Below, one piece after another: positions 53,742 to 63,174 of a stretch of 64,000 nt of DNA. The notes beneath the pieces were generated by a model. It was given only the letters and a program-made list of their open reading frames with translations, ran no database searches and was not told where the DNA came from. Where the stretch lies: positions 7,750-71,749 of the forward strand of contig JBEARL010000001.1 of NCBI GenBank assembly GCA_041163265.1. Reading direction: 5' to 3'. A program made the position numbers and the translations under genes. Positions within the stretch are counted from its first letter, which is position 1; the number at the start of each line of letters is the position of its first letter. The DNA is from Actinomycetota bacterium. GTDB taxonomy: Bacteria; Actinomycetota; Nitriliruptoria; Nitriliruptorales; Nitriliruptoraceae.

Positions 53742-55429
53742 CGCTGCTCCTCCTCGCGGCGCGGGTCCCACGCCGAGGTGATGGGGACGCGCCGCTCGCG
53801 ACCGAACGCGCGCCGCGACACCTTGGGTCCGGGCGCCGCCTGCCGGCGCTTGTGCTCGGCTCGGTCGACCATCCCGACGACGCGGAGGACCTCCGCGCGG
53901 TCGAGGCCCGACGCGACCAGGTCGTCGACGCTGCGCAGCTCCTCGATGCGGCCGCGGAGGATCGCGTCGAGGACGGGGTAGTCCGGGAGCGAGTCGGCGT
54001 CCAGCTGGCCGGGCCGCAGCTCGGCCGACGGCGGCTTCGCGATCGACCCCGCCGGGATCGCCGCACCCCGGCGGTTGCGCCACCGGGCCAGCGCGTAGAC
54101 CTCGCCCTTCAGGACGTCCTTCAGCGGCGCGAACCCGCCGGCCATGTCCCCGTACAGGGTCGCGTACCCGACCGCGTACTCGGACTTGTTCCCGGTGGTC
54201 AGCACGATCGCGCCCCGCTCGTTCGAGAGCGCCATGAGGAGCAGCCCGCGCAGCCGCGACTGCAGGTTCTCGTACGCGACGCCCGGGGGGACGGGGCCGT
54301 CGAAGCCGGTGACGACCTCGTCGCCCAGCGTCGCCGAGACCGCGTCGAGGGCCGGCCCGATCGGCAGCGTCAGCAGGCGGACGCCGAGCGCATCGGCCAG
54401 CGCCCGGGCGTCGGCGAGGGAGTGGTCGGACGACCACGGCGACGGCATCGCCACGCCGACGACGCCCTCGGCACCGAGCGCGTCGACGGCGATCGCCGCG
54501 ACGACGGCCGAGTCGATGCCCCCCGACAGCCCGACGACCGCCTCGCGGAACCCGTTGCCCGCGCAGTAGTCGCGGGTCGCCGTGACGAGCGCGGTCCACA
54601 GCTCGGCGTCCTCGTCGAGGACCTCGGCTGGTGCGGCCGTGGTCGGGCCGGGCCCGTCCACGTCGACGAGGACCAGGTCCTCGGCGAACCGGGCCCCGCG
54701 GGCGACGACCGTGCCGTCGGGTGCGGCGACCATCGAGTCCCCGTCGAACACGACCTCGTCCTGCCCTCCGACCCGGTTCACGTAGCAGACCCAGAGGCCG
54801 TGAGCGATGGCGTGGTGGCGGACCCACCGCTCGCGCTCGGCCCGCTTGCCGCGGTGGTACGGCGAGGCGTTCAGCACGACGAGGACGCGCGCCCCCGCTG
54901 CGGCGGCCACCGCGACCGGCCCGTCCTCCACCCAGAGGTCGTGGCAGACGACGACGCCGACCGGCGTGCCCCGGACGTCGAGGACGAGCGGCTCGCGGCC
55001 GGGCAGGAAGTGCCGGGCCTCGTCGAACACGCCCTCGTTCGGCAGCCGCATCTTGGCGTAGGACCCGGCCACCGCGCCGTCGCGGACCGCGACCGCCCGG
55101 TTCGCGAGGTCGGTCGTCGCCGGGCAGACGCCCCAGGCCGTCCCGGGGCCCCCGGCGGGGGCCGGCCCGACCGTGCCGACGAGCAGCGCGGTCCCGGCGG
55201 GACCGTCGGTCGCCAGCCGCTCGAGCGACCGGGCGGCGGCCGACACGAACTCCGAGGACAGCAGCAGGTCGTCGGGCGGGTAGCCCGGGAGCGCGAGCTC
55301 GGGGGTGACCACCAGGTCCGCCCCGGCCGCGGCCGCGTCGCGCCAGGCCCGTGCGATGCGGGCCGCGTTCGCGTCCAGCCCGCCCACGGCGGCGCCCAGC
55401 TGCGCCAGAGCGATCCGGATGCCGGTCAC
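53738..55429 (-). CDS. nadE: glutamine-dependent NAD+ synthetase
   Basis: GTG 55429 (VTGIRIALAQL). N-terminal CN-hydrolase domain plus the PP-loop GLSGGIDS. 563 aa. Confidence 0.9.
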   Translation of the reverse strand: MTGIRIALAQLGAAVGGLDANAARIARAWRDAAAAGADLVVTPELALPGYPPDDLLLSSEFVSAAARSLERLATDGPAGTALLVGTVGPAPAGGPGTAWGVCPATTDLANRAVAVRDGAVAGSYAKMRLPNEGVFDEARHFLPGREPLVLDVRGTPVGVVVCHDLWVEDGPVAVAAAAGARVLVVLNASPYHRGKRAERERWVRHHAIAHGLWVCYVNRVGGQDEVVFDGDSMVAAPDGTVVARGARFAEDLVLVDVDGPGPTTAAPAEVLDEDAELWTALVTATRDYCAGNGFREAVVGLSGGIDSAVVAAIAVDALGAEGVVGVAMPSPWSSDHSLADARALADALGVRLLTLPIGPALDAVSATLGDEVVTGFDGPVPPGVAYENLQSRLRGLLLMALSNERGAIVLTTGNKSEYAVGYATLYGDMAGGFAPLKDVLKGEVYALARWRNRRGAAIPAGSIAKPPSAELRPGQLDADSLPDYPVLDAILRGRIEELRSVDDLVASGLDRAEVLRVVGMVDRAEHKRRQAAPGPKVSRRAFGRERRVPITSAWDPRREEEQR

Positions 55430-55474
55430 CGCGGTCCTCGCTCGGTCCGGGGGCGGATCGCGCTCGCCGCGCCG

Positions 55475-55512
55475 GAAACACGCCCGTAACCCACGTTCAA
55501 CGGCTGGGAAAC
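55475..55512. promoter_or_regulatory. GlnR-box-like array (GAAAC-n6-GTAAC-n6-TCAAC-n6-GAAAC)
   Basis: Four pentamers at exact 11-bp phasing in the nadE/amt divergent gap, about 96 nt upstream of the amt start. A TACGGT -10-like hexamer sits at 55523..55528. Confidence 0.55.
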
Positions 55513-55607
55513 GGCCTCTTCCTACGGTCCCGAACCGTACCGGCCCCGACCGGGTCGCTCGACGCGACCCGGACGACCGCGGGGGCGGGTGGACCCGGAG
55601 GGTGACC

Positions 55608-56837
55608 GTGACGCTCGAAGCGCTCGAACTCAACGTGCTGGTGATCTACCTCATGCTGTCGACGGTGCTGGTCTTCATCATGCACGCCGGCTTCTCGATG
55701 CTGGAGGCCGGACTGACGCGGCAGAAGAACGCCGCGAACATCATCGGCAAGAACCTGATGACCATCTCGATCGGGATGCTCGCCTACTACGCCATCGGCT
55801 GGGGCCTGATGTACGGCGAGTCCGTCGGTGGGTTCTTCGGGTCCGACAGCTTCTTCCTGCTGGGCGGCTCGTACGAGCCGATCGCGACCTACGAGATGGA
55901 CTTCGCGTTCCAGGCGATGTTCGCGGCCACCGCGGCCACCATCGTCTCGGGCGCCGTGGCCGAGCGCATGAAGTTCGGCGCGTACGTCGTGGTCGCCGTC
56001 GTGATGACCGCGCTCATCTACCCGATCGTCGGCGCCTGGACGTGGGGCGGCGGGTGGCTCCTCGAGCTCGGGTTCACCGACTTCGCGGGCTCGACGATCG
56101 TCCACATGACCGGCGGCGTCGCGGCGCTGGTGGGTGCCAAGGTCCTCGGTCCCCGCATCGGCAAGTACGACCCGACGTCGGGGAAGCCGCGCGCAATCCC
56201 GGGCCACTCGATGCCGCTCGTCGCCCTCGGCACGCTGCTGCTGTTCTTCGGCTGGTTCGGCTTCAACGGCGGGTCGGTCCTCGGGCTCGACGCCGAGGCG
56301 ATCGCGGCGGTCCTCGTCACCACGGCCCTCGCCGGAGGTGCGGGCGGCACGATGGCCGGCATCTGGACGCGGGTCCGCGGCGGCAAGTGGGACGTCGCGA
56401 TGATGGCGAACGGGATCCTCGCCGGCCTCGTCGGGATCACGGCGGGCGCCGCGGCGGTGTCGAACGGCATGGCCATCCTCGTCGGTGCCATCGCCGGTGT
56501 CGTCGTCGCCCTGTCGGTGTCCTTCATCGACGGCCTCCGCATCGACGACCCGGTCGGCGCGGTCAGCGTCCACGGGACGTGCGGAGTCCTCGGCACGCTC
56601 TGGGTCGGCCTCGCGGCGACGGACGGCGGGCTGTTCTTCGGTGGCGGCGCCGACCTGCTGATCGCGCAGATCACGGGCATCGCGGCGGTCGCGGCCTGGG
56701 TCGCGGTCGCGAGCGGCGTCCTGTTCGGCGTCCTGAAGGCGACCGGCAACCTGCGCGTCTCCGAGCGCGAGGAGGTCGAGGGTCTCGACGTCCACGAGCA
56801 CGGCTTCCCGGGCTACCCCGAGCTCGCCGGGAAGTGA
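55608..56837 (+). CDS. amt: ammonium transporter
   Basis: GTG 55608 lies 6 nt after a GGAGG. Motifs FIMHAGFSMLEAG, DFAGSTIVHMTGG and VHGTCGVLGTL. 409 aa. Confidence 0.9.
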   Translation: MTLEALELNVLVIYLMLSTVLVFIMHAGFSMLEAGLTRQKNAANIIGKNLMTISIGMLAYYAIGWGLMYGESVGGFFGSDSFFLLGGSYEPIATYEMDFAFQAMFAATAATIVSGAVAERMKFGAYVVVAVVMTALIYPIVGAWTWGGGWLLELGFTDFAGSTIVHMTGGVAALVGAKVLGPRIGKYDPTSGKPRAIPGHSMPLVALGTLLLFFGWFGFNGGSVLGLDAEAIAAVLVTTALAGGAGGTMAGIWTRVRGGKWDVAMMANGILAGLVGITAGAAAVSNGMAILVGAIAGVVVALSVSFIDGLRIDDPVGAVSVHGTCGVLGTLWVGLAATDGGLFFGGGADLLIAQITGIAAVAAWVAVASGVLFGVLKATGNLRVSEREEVEGLDVHEHGFPGYPELAGK

Positions 56838-56842
56838 CCCCC

Positions 56843-56872
56843 GTGGTGCCGGGTCGGGGGGCCCGGCACCAC
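56843..56872 (+). terminator. hairpin immediately after amt
   Basis: 11-bp perfect stem GTGGTGCCGGG / CCCGGCACCAC, starting 6 nt after the stop. Confidence 0.6.
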
Positions 56873-56940
56873 CCCGAACACCGTCCCGGGTGACCTCTCC
56901 CGGACCGGGACGGACGGTCCAGCGGTCGTGGATCGACGAC

Positions 56941-56966
56941 GGGGCCGGCGCTTCGGCGCCGGCCCC
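56941..56966 (+). other. second perfect hairpin in the amt-glnA2 gap (UUCG tetraloop)
   Basis: GGGGCCGGCGC ttcg GCGCCGGCCCC, 48 nt upstream of the glnA2 ATG. Confidence 0.45.
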
Positions 56967-57013
56967 GTCGCACGCCCGGAAGTAGGCTCCGCCTCTCGAG
57001 CGGAGGACACCGC

Positions 57014-58360
57014 ATGGACCGGCAGCAGGAGTACGTGCTCCGGACGGTCGAGGAGCGGGACATCCGCTTCATCCGCCTCTGGTTCACCGACGTGCTCGGG
57101 TTCCTCAAGAGCGTCTCGATCACCGCCGCCGAGCTCGAGAACGCCTTCACCGAGGGCATCGGGTTCGACGGGTCGGCCATCGACGGGTTCGCCCGCGTCC
57201 AGGAGGCCGACATGCTGGCCGTCCCGGACGCGTCGACGTTCCAGATCCTGCCCTGGCGACCCGAGGCCCAGGGCGTCGCCCGCATGTTCTGCGACCTGGT
57301 CACCCCCGACGGCCAGCCGTTCGCCGCCGACCCGCGGCAGGTGCTGCGACGCCAGCTGCGCCGCGCGGCGGACCTCGGGTTCACCTTCTACGTCCACCCC
57401 GAGATGGAGTTCTTCCTCTTCGAGGCCAGTGACGAGCCGCGGCCGCTCGACCGCGGCGGGTACTTCGACATGACGCCGCTCGACGTCCAGCAGGACCTGC
57501 GGCGGCAGGCGATCATGACGCTCGAGCAGATGGGCATCTCCGTCGAGTTCTCGCACCACGAGGTCGGGCCGTCGCAGCACGAGATCGACCTGCGGTACGC
57601 CGACGCGCTCACGATGGCCGACAACATCATGACGTTCCGGCTCGTCCTGAAGGAGACGGCGCTCCAGCGCGGCCTCCACGCCTCGTTCATGCCGAAGCCG
57701 ATGACCGAGCACCCGGGCAACGCGATGCACCTCCACCTCTCGCTGTTCGAGGGGGACAGCAACGCCTTCTACGACCCGGCCGACCCCTACCGCCTCTCCG
57801 CGACGGCGCGGGCGTTCACGGCGGGACTGCTCGCGCACGCGCGGGCCATCAGCGGCGTGACCAACCAGTGGGTCAACTCCTACAAGCGCCTGACGCCGTA
57901 CACGGCCGGGCCGCTGCCCTCGGGCGAGGCGCCCGTGTTCGTGTCCTGGGGCCGCGCGAACCGCAGCGCCCTCGTCCGGATCCCCATGTACAAGCCGGAC
58001 AAGGCCGGCTCGACCCGCGTCGAGTACCGCGCGCCCGACCCGGCCTGCAACCCGTACCTCGCGCTGGCCTGCATCCTCGCCGCCGGGCTGGACGGCATCG
58101 AACGCGGCCTCGAGCTGCCGCCCGAGTCGGGCGACAACACCTTCGAGCTGTCGGCGGCCGAGCGGGCCGCGAACGGCATGGAGCGCCTCCCCGCCGACCT
58201 CGGCGAGGCGATCGAGCTGATGGAGTCCTCCGACCTCGTCGCCGAGACGCTCGGCGAGCACCTGTTCCGCCACCTCGTCGCCAACAAGCGCCGCGAGTGG
58301 AGCGAGTACACGGCCCACGTCACGCGCTTCGAGATCGACCGCTACCTGCCCCTGCTGTGA
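57014..58360 (+). CDS. glnA2: glutamine synthetase, GlnA2-type (GSI-alpha-like)
   Basis: The N-terminus MDRQQEYVLRTVEERDIRFIRLWFTDVLGFLKSV closely matches my recollection of mycobacterial GlnA2. 448 aa. Followed by glnE, as in mycobacteria. Confidence 0.9.
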   Translation: MDRQQEYVLRTVEERDIRFIRLWFTDVLGFLKSVSITAAELENAFTEGIGFDGSAIDGFARVQEADMLAVPDASTFQILPWRPEAQGVARMFCDLVTPDGQPFAADPRQVLRRQLRRAADLGFTFYVHPEMEFFLFEASDEPRPLDRGGYFDMTPLDVQQDLRRQAIMTLEQMGISVEFSHHEVGPSQHEIDLRYADALTMADNIMTFRLVLKETALQRGLHASFMPKPMTEHPGNAMHLHLSLFEGDSNAFYDPADPYRLSATARAFTAGLLAHARAISGVTNQWVNSYKRLTPYTAGPLPSGEAPVFVSWGRANRSALVRIPMYKPDKAGSTRVEYRAPDPACNPYLALACILAAGLDGIERGLELPPESGDNTFELSAAERAANGMERLPADLGEAIELMESSDLVAETLGEHLFRHLVANKRREWSEYTAHVTRFEIDRYLPLL

Positions 58361-58370
58361 CCCCGACGGC

Positions 58371-61300
58371 ATGAGCGCCCGCCGCGAGTCGCTCGGGGTC
58401 CGGCTGGCCCGCCTCGGCCTCGAAGGTCCTCGGGTCGTCGAGGACCTCGCGGCGGCGGGCGTCCTGCGCGGCGACGCGACGGCCGCGTCGGTCGCCGACG
58501 AGGCGATCGCCGACGGGGACCTGCTCGTGCGGCTCTCGGAGAGCGCCGACCCCGCCGCGGCGGCCGCCGTGCTGGCGGGACTCGCGGCCGCCGACCCGGC
58601 CCTCGCGGACCGGGTCCGTTCCGACGTCGACTGGTCGGCCCGCGTGGTCGCCGTCGCGGGTGCGTCACGGCCGCTCGGCGACCTCCTCGGGAGGGCGACC
58701 GACGCGGTCCTCGCGCTGGCCGACCTCGAGCCCGTCGACGTCCCGACGATCGCGGCCGGGGTCGAGGCCGCGGTCCGGTCCGCCACCGGGGCCGGGACCG
58801 AGGCGCAGGCCGCGGGCATCGCCTCGATCCGGCGCCGGGCGACGGCCGACATCGCCGCGCGGGACCTGACCGGGGCCGCCGACGTGGCGCGGGTCGCCGC
58901 CGAGCTCGCGGACCTCGCCGAGGGCGTGCTCTCCGGCACGCTCGCGGCGGTCCACGCCGACCTCGGTGGCGCGAGACCGGCGTCCCGCATCGCCGTGATC
59001 GGCATGGGGAAGCTCGGTGGCCGCGAGCTGAACTACGTCTCGGACGTCGACGTCATGTTCGTGCACGCCCCGGTCGACGGTGCGGATCCGGCCGCCGCCG
59101 ACGAGGAGGCCCGACGGGTCTGCGCCCGGCTCCTCGAGCTGCTCAACGCCTCGACGACGATGGGGCGGGCCTACGAGGTCGATCCGACGCTCCGGCCCGA
59201 GGGCCGCGCCGGAGCGCTGAGCCGGACGGTCGAGGGGTTCGTCGCGTACTGGGGGCGGTGGGCCCGGACCTGGGAGTTCCAGGCCCTCCTGAAGGCGCGT
59301 CCGGTCGCCGGGGACGCCGCGCTCGGTGCCGAGCTGCTGTCCGCCGCCGAGCCGTTCCTCTGGCCCGAGCGGCTGGACCCCGACGTGGTCGCCGAGGTGC
59401 GGGCGATGAAGGCCCGCATCGAGGGCCGGCCGGACGTCGTGCGCGACGGGGCGCGGCAGCTGAAGCTCGGCCCGGGCGGGATCCGTGACGTCGAGTTCAC
59501 GGTGCAGCTGCTGCAGCTGGTCCACGGCCGGGCCGATCCCAGCCTGCGCTCGGCCGGCACGCTGCCGGCGCTCGCGGCGCTGGCCGCCGGCGGGTACGTC
59601 GACGAGGAGGACGCCGAGGTCCTCGCCGCGACCTACCGGACCCTGCGGCGCGTCGAGCACGCCCTCCAGCTCGCCAACGAGCGGCGGACCCACACGGTCC
59701 CGGCGGACCCCGCCGCGCAGGACCGCATCGCACGCGCGCTCGGGCTGCGCGGCAGCGCCGACGGCGCGCCGCACGAGCGCCTGCTCGCCGAGCTCGGGCG
59801 GGCCCAGGCCCGGGTCCGGGACCTGCACGCCCGCATCTTCTACCGCCCGCTGCTCGAGCGCATCGCCGACGTGCCCGCGTCGACCGCGGCGGTCAGCCTG
59901 CCCGGCGCCGTGGCGGCGATGGGGGAGGCGGCCGCGGCCGAGCGGCTCGCGGCCCTCGGGTTCCGCGACGGCGCCGCGGCGCTGCGCTCGGTGCGGGCGA
60001 TCACCGGCGGGGTCACGCGCCGGGCGGTGACCGTGCGCGCGGTGCTGCCGGCGGTCCTGCGCGCGCTCGAGCCGACGGCCGATCCCGACGGGGGGCTCCT
60101 GGCGCTGCGCGACCTCGTCGAGAGCCAGCGCGAGGGCAGCCCGCTGCTGCGCCACCTCCGGGACCAGCCGGCCGCCGCCGAGCTGCTCGGCCGGGCGCTC
60201 GGGACCAGCCGGGCCGCCGGCGAGCTGCTCGTCGCCCAGCCGCAGGGGGCCGACTGGCTCGCGGATCCTGCGGCGCTGGCCGCGCCGCGCGATCCCGTCG
60301 AGGTGGCGCGGGCCGCGGTCGGTCGCCTGCACTGGCAGGACACCGACGCCGCGCTGCGGCGGTTCAAGCAGCAGGAGCTGCTCCGCGTCGTGCTCCGCGA
60401 CGTCGCCCGCGACGCCGAGGCCCGACCGGGGACGCGCGAGCGCGGTCCCGGCCCCGGCGCCGAGCTGGCGGCGATCGCCGACGCCTGCCTCGTCGCCGCG
60501 CTCCGGGGGGTCCTCCGGGCGCACGCCGCGACCGAGGGGCTCGCGTCGCCCGACGAGCTGCCGGTCGACGTCGCCGTCATCGGGATGGGCACGCTGGCCG
60601 GACGCGAGCTCAGCTACGCGTCCGACCTCGACGTGCTGTTCGTCCACCGCCCCGTCGAGGGCGCGGACCCGGACGTCGCGAACCGCATCGCGGTCGCGGT
60701 CGCCGCCGACGTGATGCGGTCGCTCTCGGCCATCACGCCGGACGGGACCGCGTTCGAGGTCGATGCCGACCTGCGCCCCGAGGGCCGCAGCGGTCCGCTG
60801 TCGCGGTCGCTCGACGGCTTCCTCGCCTACTGGGACCGGTGGGCCGAGCCCTGGGAGCTGCAGGCGCTCCTGCGCACCCGACCGGTCGCGGGCGACCGGG
60901 ACCTCGCCGCGCGGTTCCTCGCCGAGGCCGCCGACCGAGCCGTCCCGGCGGAACTCGACGAGGACCGCGTCGTCGCGATGCGCCGGATGAAGGCCCGCAT
61001 CGAGCGCGAGCGGATCCCGGCCCGCGTCGACCCCGAGCGGCACGTGAAGCTCGGGCCCGGCGGCATCTCGGACGTCGAGTGGACGGTCCAGCTGCTGCAG
61101 CTGCGGCACGGCGCCGCGGTCCCGGCGCTGCGCACGCCGTCGACGCACGCGGCGCTGGACGCGCTCGAGGATGCGGGGCTGCTCGCGGTGGAGGACGCGG
61201 CGCGCCTGCGCGACGGGCTGCGGCTCGCGGTCGCGATCCGGGACCGGGGCGCGCTGCTGCGCCACCGCGACGCGGACGTGCTGCCCGACGGCGGTGAGCG

Positions 61301-61430
61301 CCTCGAGCGGCTCGCGCGGGCGCTCGGGTTCGGTCGCGGCGGCCGCCGCGAGCTCGAGGCCGAGTGGCTCGGCCATGCCCGCCACGTCCGCCGCGTGACC
61401 GAGCGCGTCCTGTTCGGGATCGGCGCATGA
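58371..61430 (+). CDS. glnE: bifunctional glutamine synthetase adenylyltransferase/adenylyl-removing enzyme
   Basis: 1019 aa with two nucleotidyltransferase halves (GMGKLGGRELNYVSDVD and GMGTLAGRELSYASDLD). Confidence 0.95.
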   Translation: MSARRESLGVRLARLGLEGPRVVEDLAAAGVLRGDATAASVADEAIADGDLLVRLSESADPAAAAAVLAGLAAADPALADRVRSDVDWSARVVAVAGASRPLGDLLGRATDAVLALADLEPVDVPTIAAGVEAAVRSATGAGTEAQAAGIASIRRRATADIAARDLTGAADVARVAAELADLAEGVLSGTLAAVHADLGGARPASRIAVIGMGKLGGRELNYVSDVDVMFVHAPVDGADPAAADEEARRVCARLLELLNASTTMGRAYEVDPTLRPEGRAGALSRTVEGFVAYWGRWARTWEFQALLKARPVAGDAALGAELLSAAEPFLWPERLDPDVVAEVRAMKARIEGRPDVVRDGARQLKLGPGGIRDVEFTVQLLQLVHGRADPSLRSAGTLPALAALAAGGYVDEEDAEVLAATYRTLRRVEHALQLANERRTHTVPADPAAQDRIARALGLRGSADGAPHERLLAELGRAQARVRDLHARIFYRPLLERIADVPASTAAVSLPGAVAAMGEAAAAERLAALGFRDGAAALRSVRAITGGVTRRAVTVRAVLPAVLRALEPTADPDGGLLALRDLVESQREGSPLLRHLRDQPAAAELLGRALGTSRAAGELLVAQPQGADWLADPAALAAPRDPVEVARAAVGRLHWQDTDAALRRFKQQELLRVVLRDVARDAEARPGTRERGPGPGAELAAIADACLVAALRGVLRAHAATEGLASPDELPVDVAVIGMGTLAGRELSYASDLDVLFVHRPVEGADPDVANRIAVAVAADVMRSLSAITPDGTAFEVDADLRPEGRSGPLSRSLDGFLAYWDRWAEPWELQALLRTRPVAGDRDLAARFLAEAADRAVPAELDEDRVVAMRRMKARIERERIPARVDPERHVKLGPGGISDVEWTVQLLQLRHGAAVPALRTPSTHAALDALEDAGLLAVEDAARLRDGLRLAVAIRDRGALLRHRDADVLPDGGERLERLARALGFGRGGRRELEAEWLGHARHVRRVTERVLFGIGA

Positions 61431-62119
61431 GCGGGCCGGGACGCGTCGCGGTCCGCGCCGTCGTGTTCGACCTCGACGGGACCCTCGCCGACACCGAGCG
61501 GCTCTCGGACCTCGCCTGGACGGAGGTCCTCGCCCGACGGGGGTACGCCGCGACCCCGGCCGACTTCGCGGCGCTGGTGGGGCGGCCCGTCGCGGCGAAC
61601 CTCGCCCACTTCGCCGCCCGCGTCGACGTCGGGGACCCCGATGCGTTCCGGGCCGAGGTCCGGGCGTCGTTCCTCGCCCTCGTCGAGGCCGACCTGTGCC
61701 TCCACGAGGACGCGGTGGGGGCGGTGCGCGCCCTCGCCGCCGACGGCGTCGCCGTCGGCATCGCGACGTCCTCGACCCGAGAGCACGCCGCGCGCGTCCT
61801 GGCCGCCGGGGGGCTCGAGGGGCTCGTGGCGGCGGTCGTGGCCGCGGAGGACGTCGACCGCCACAAGCCCGACCCGGCCCCGTACCTCGAGGCGCTGCGC
61901 CGGCTCGGGATCCCGCCGGCCGCGGCGAGCGCCGTCGAGGACACCCCGGTCGGTGCGGCCAGCGCCAGGGCCGCCGGCGCCTGGACGGTCGCCGTGCGGC
62001 GCGCCCACGCGGTCCCCGAGCTCGACGCGGCGGCGGACGTGGTGGTCGACGTCCTGACCGCGGAGGTGCTGCGCACCCGACCGCGCGGATCCGGGTCGGG
62101 TGCGCCGGTCCGGGCCTAG
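61427..62119 (+). CDS. HAD-superfamily hydrolase (beta-phosphoglucomutase-like subfamily)
   Basis: ATGA overlap with the glnE stop. Motif I VVFDLDGTLADTE. 230 aa. Confidence 0.85.
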   Translation: MSGPGRVAVRAVVFDLDGTLADTERLSDLAWTEVLARRGYAATPADFAALVGRPVAANLAHFAARVDVGDPDAFRAEVRASFLALVEADLCLHEDAVGAVRALAADGVAVGIATSSTREHAARVLAAGGLEGLVAAVVAAEDVDRHKPDPAPYLEALRRLGIPPAAASAVEDTPVGAASARAAGAWTVAVRRAHAVPELDAAADVVVDVLTAEVLRTRPRGSGSGAPVRA

Positions 62120-62128
62120 CCTCGCCGC

Positions 62129-62656
62129 ATGGACGCCACCGCCGTCGACCTCGGCCTGCTGGTGCTGCGCCTCGGCGTGGGCCTGCCGTTCGCGCTGCAC
62201 GGGGCCCAGAAGCTGTTCGGGTGGTTCGGCGGCGGGGGTCCGCGCGGCACGGCCGCCTACTTCGCGTCGCTCGGGTTCGGGGACGGGCGCGCGGCGGCGG
62301 TGCTCGCCGGGGCGGCGGAGCTGCTCGGCGGGCTCGGTCTCGCGGCGGGGCTGCTGACGCCGCTGGCCGCGGCCGGCGTCGCCGGCACGATGACGACCGC
62401 CGCCCTGGTGAACGACGCCGAGAACGGGTTCTGGTCGGCCGCGAAGGGCTGGGAGCTGAACGGCTACCTCGTCGTCGTCGCGGTCGCGGTCGCGGTGGCC
62501 GGGCCGGGGGCCGTCTCGCTGGACGCGGCGCTCGGCGTCGGGCCCGGGGGCGACCCGGTGGCGGGGCTCGCCGGCGCGGCCGTCGTCCTCGCGGGGATGG
62601 CCGGGGGGTGGCTCCGGTGGGTCACGCGCCGCCCCGCGCCGGGGTCGGCCGGGTGA
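62129..62656 (+). CDS. DoxX-family membrane protein
   Basis: 175 aa. Motif LLVLRLGVGLPFALHGAQKLFGWFGG is typical of DoxX. Confidence 0.8.
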   Translation: MDATAVDLGLLVLRLGVGLPFALHGAQKLFGWFGGGGPRGTAAYFASLGFGDGRAAAVLAGAAELLGGLGLAAGLLTPLAAAGVAGTMTTAALVNDAENGFWSAAKGWELNGYLVVVAVAVAVAGPGAVSLDAALGVGPGGDPVAGLAGAAVVLAGMAGGWLRWVTRRPAPGSAG

Positions 62657-63174
62657 GCGCGACGGCGGCGCGGCGCGCCCGGGCGGCCACGGCCGTCGCG
62701 GTCGCGCTGATGGTCGCGATCCAGCTGGTCGGCGCGGACCTCGTCACGGCGGCGGCCCCGGTCGGCCTCGTCACGCTGCAGGGCGTGGTCGACCCGATGG
62801 ATGCAGCGGCGGTCATCGCGTCATGGGACGGGCCGCTGCGCACGGCCGCCCTGCGGGCCCACGCCCTCGACCTGCTGCTGCCGCTCGCGTACGGGACCGC
62901 GACGTGGTCGGCCGGGACGGCACTCGCCCTCGGACGGGCCGCCGGGACCCCGGTCGCCGTCCTCGCGGCCCGCGCGGGCCGGGCCGGCGTGGCGGCCGCC
63001 GTCCTGGACCAGGTCGAGAACGCGGCGATGGCCGTGGCGCTGCTGGCCGCACCGACGACGGCCACCGGGGCCGTCACCGTCGTATCGGCGGTCGGGAAGT
63101 GGGCACTGCTCGCGCTGTCCCTCGTCGGGCTCGCCGTGGCGGGGTGGCGGGCGCTCAGGCCGGGACGAGCCTGA
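62653..63174 (+). CDS. hypothetical integral membrane protein
   Basis: GTGA overlap with the DoxX stop. 173 aa, Ala-rich, with several hydrophobic segments. I recognise no family. Confidence 0.5.
   Translation: MSATAARRARAATAVAVALMVAIQLVGADLVTAAAPVGLVTLQGVVDPMDAAAVIASWDGPLRTAALRAHALDLLLPLAYGTATWSAGTALALGRAAGTPVAVLAARAGRAGVAAAVLDQVENAAMAVALLAAPTTATGAVTVVSAVGKWALLALSLVGLAVAGWRALRPGRA

Noticed and set aside
56813-61385. Minus-strand ORFs 56813..59005 and 58665..61385 opposite glnA2/glnE
   Set aside because: They are antisense artefacts. glnA2 and glnE are unambiguous on the plus strand.
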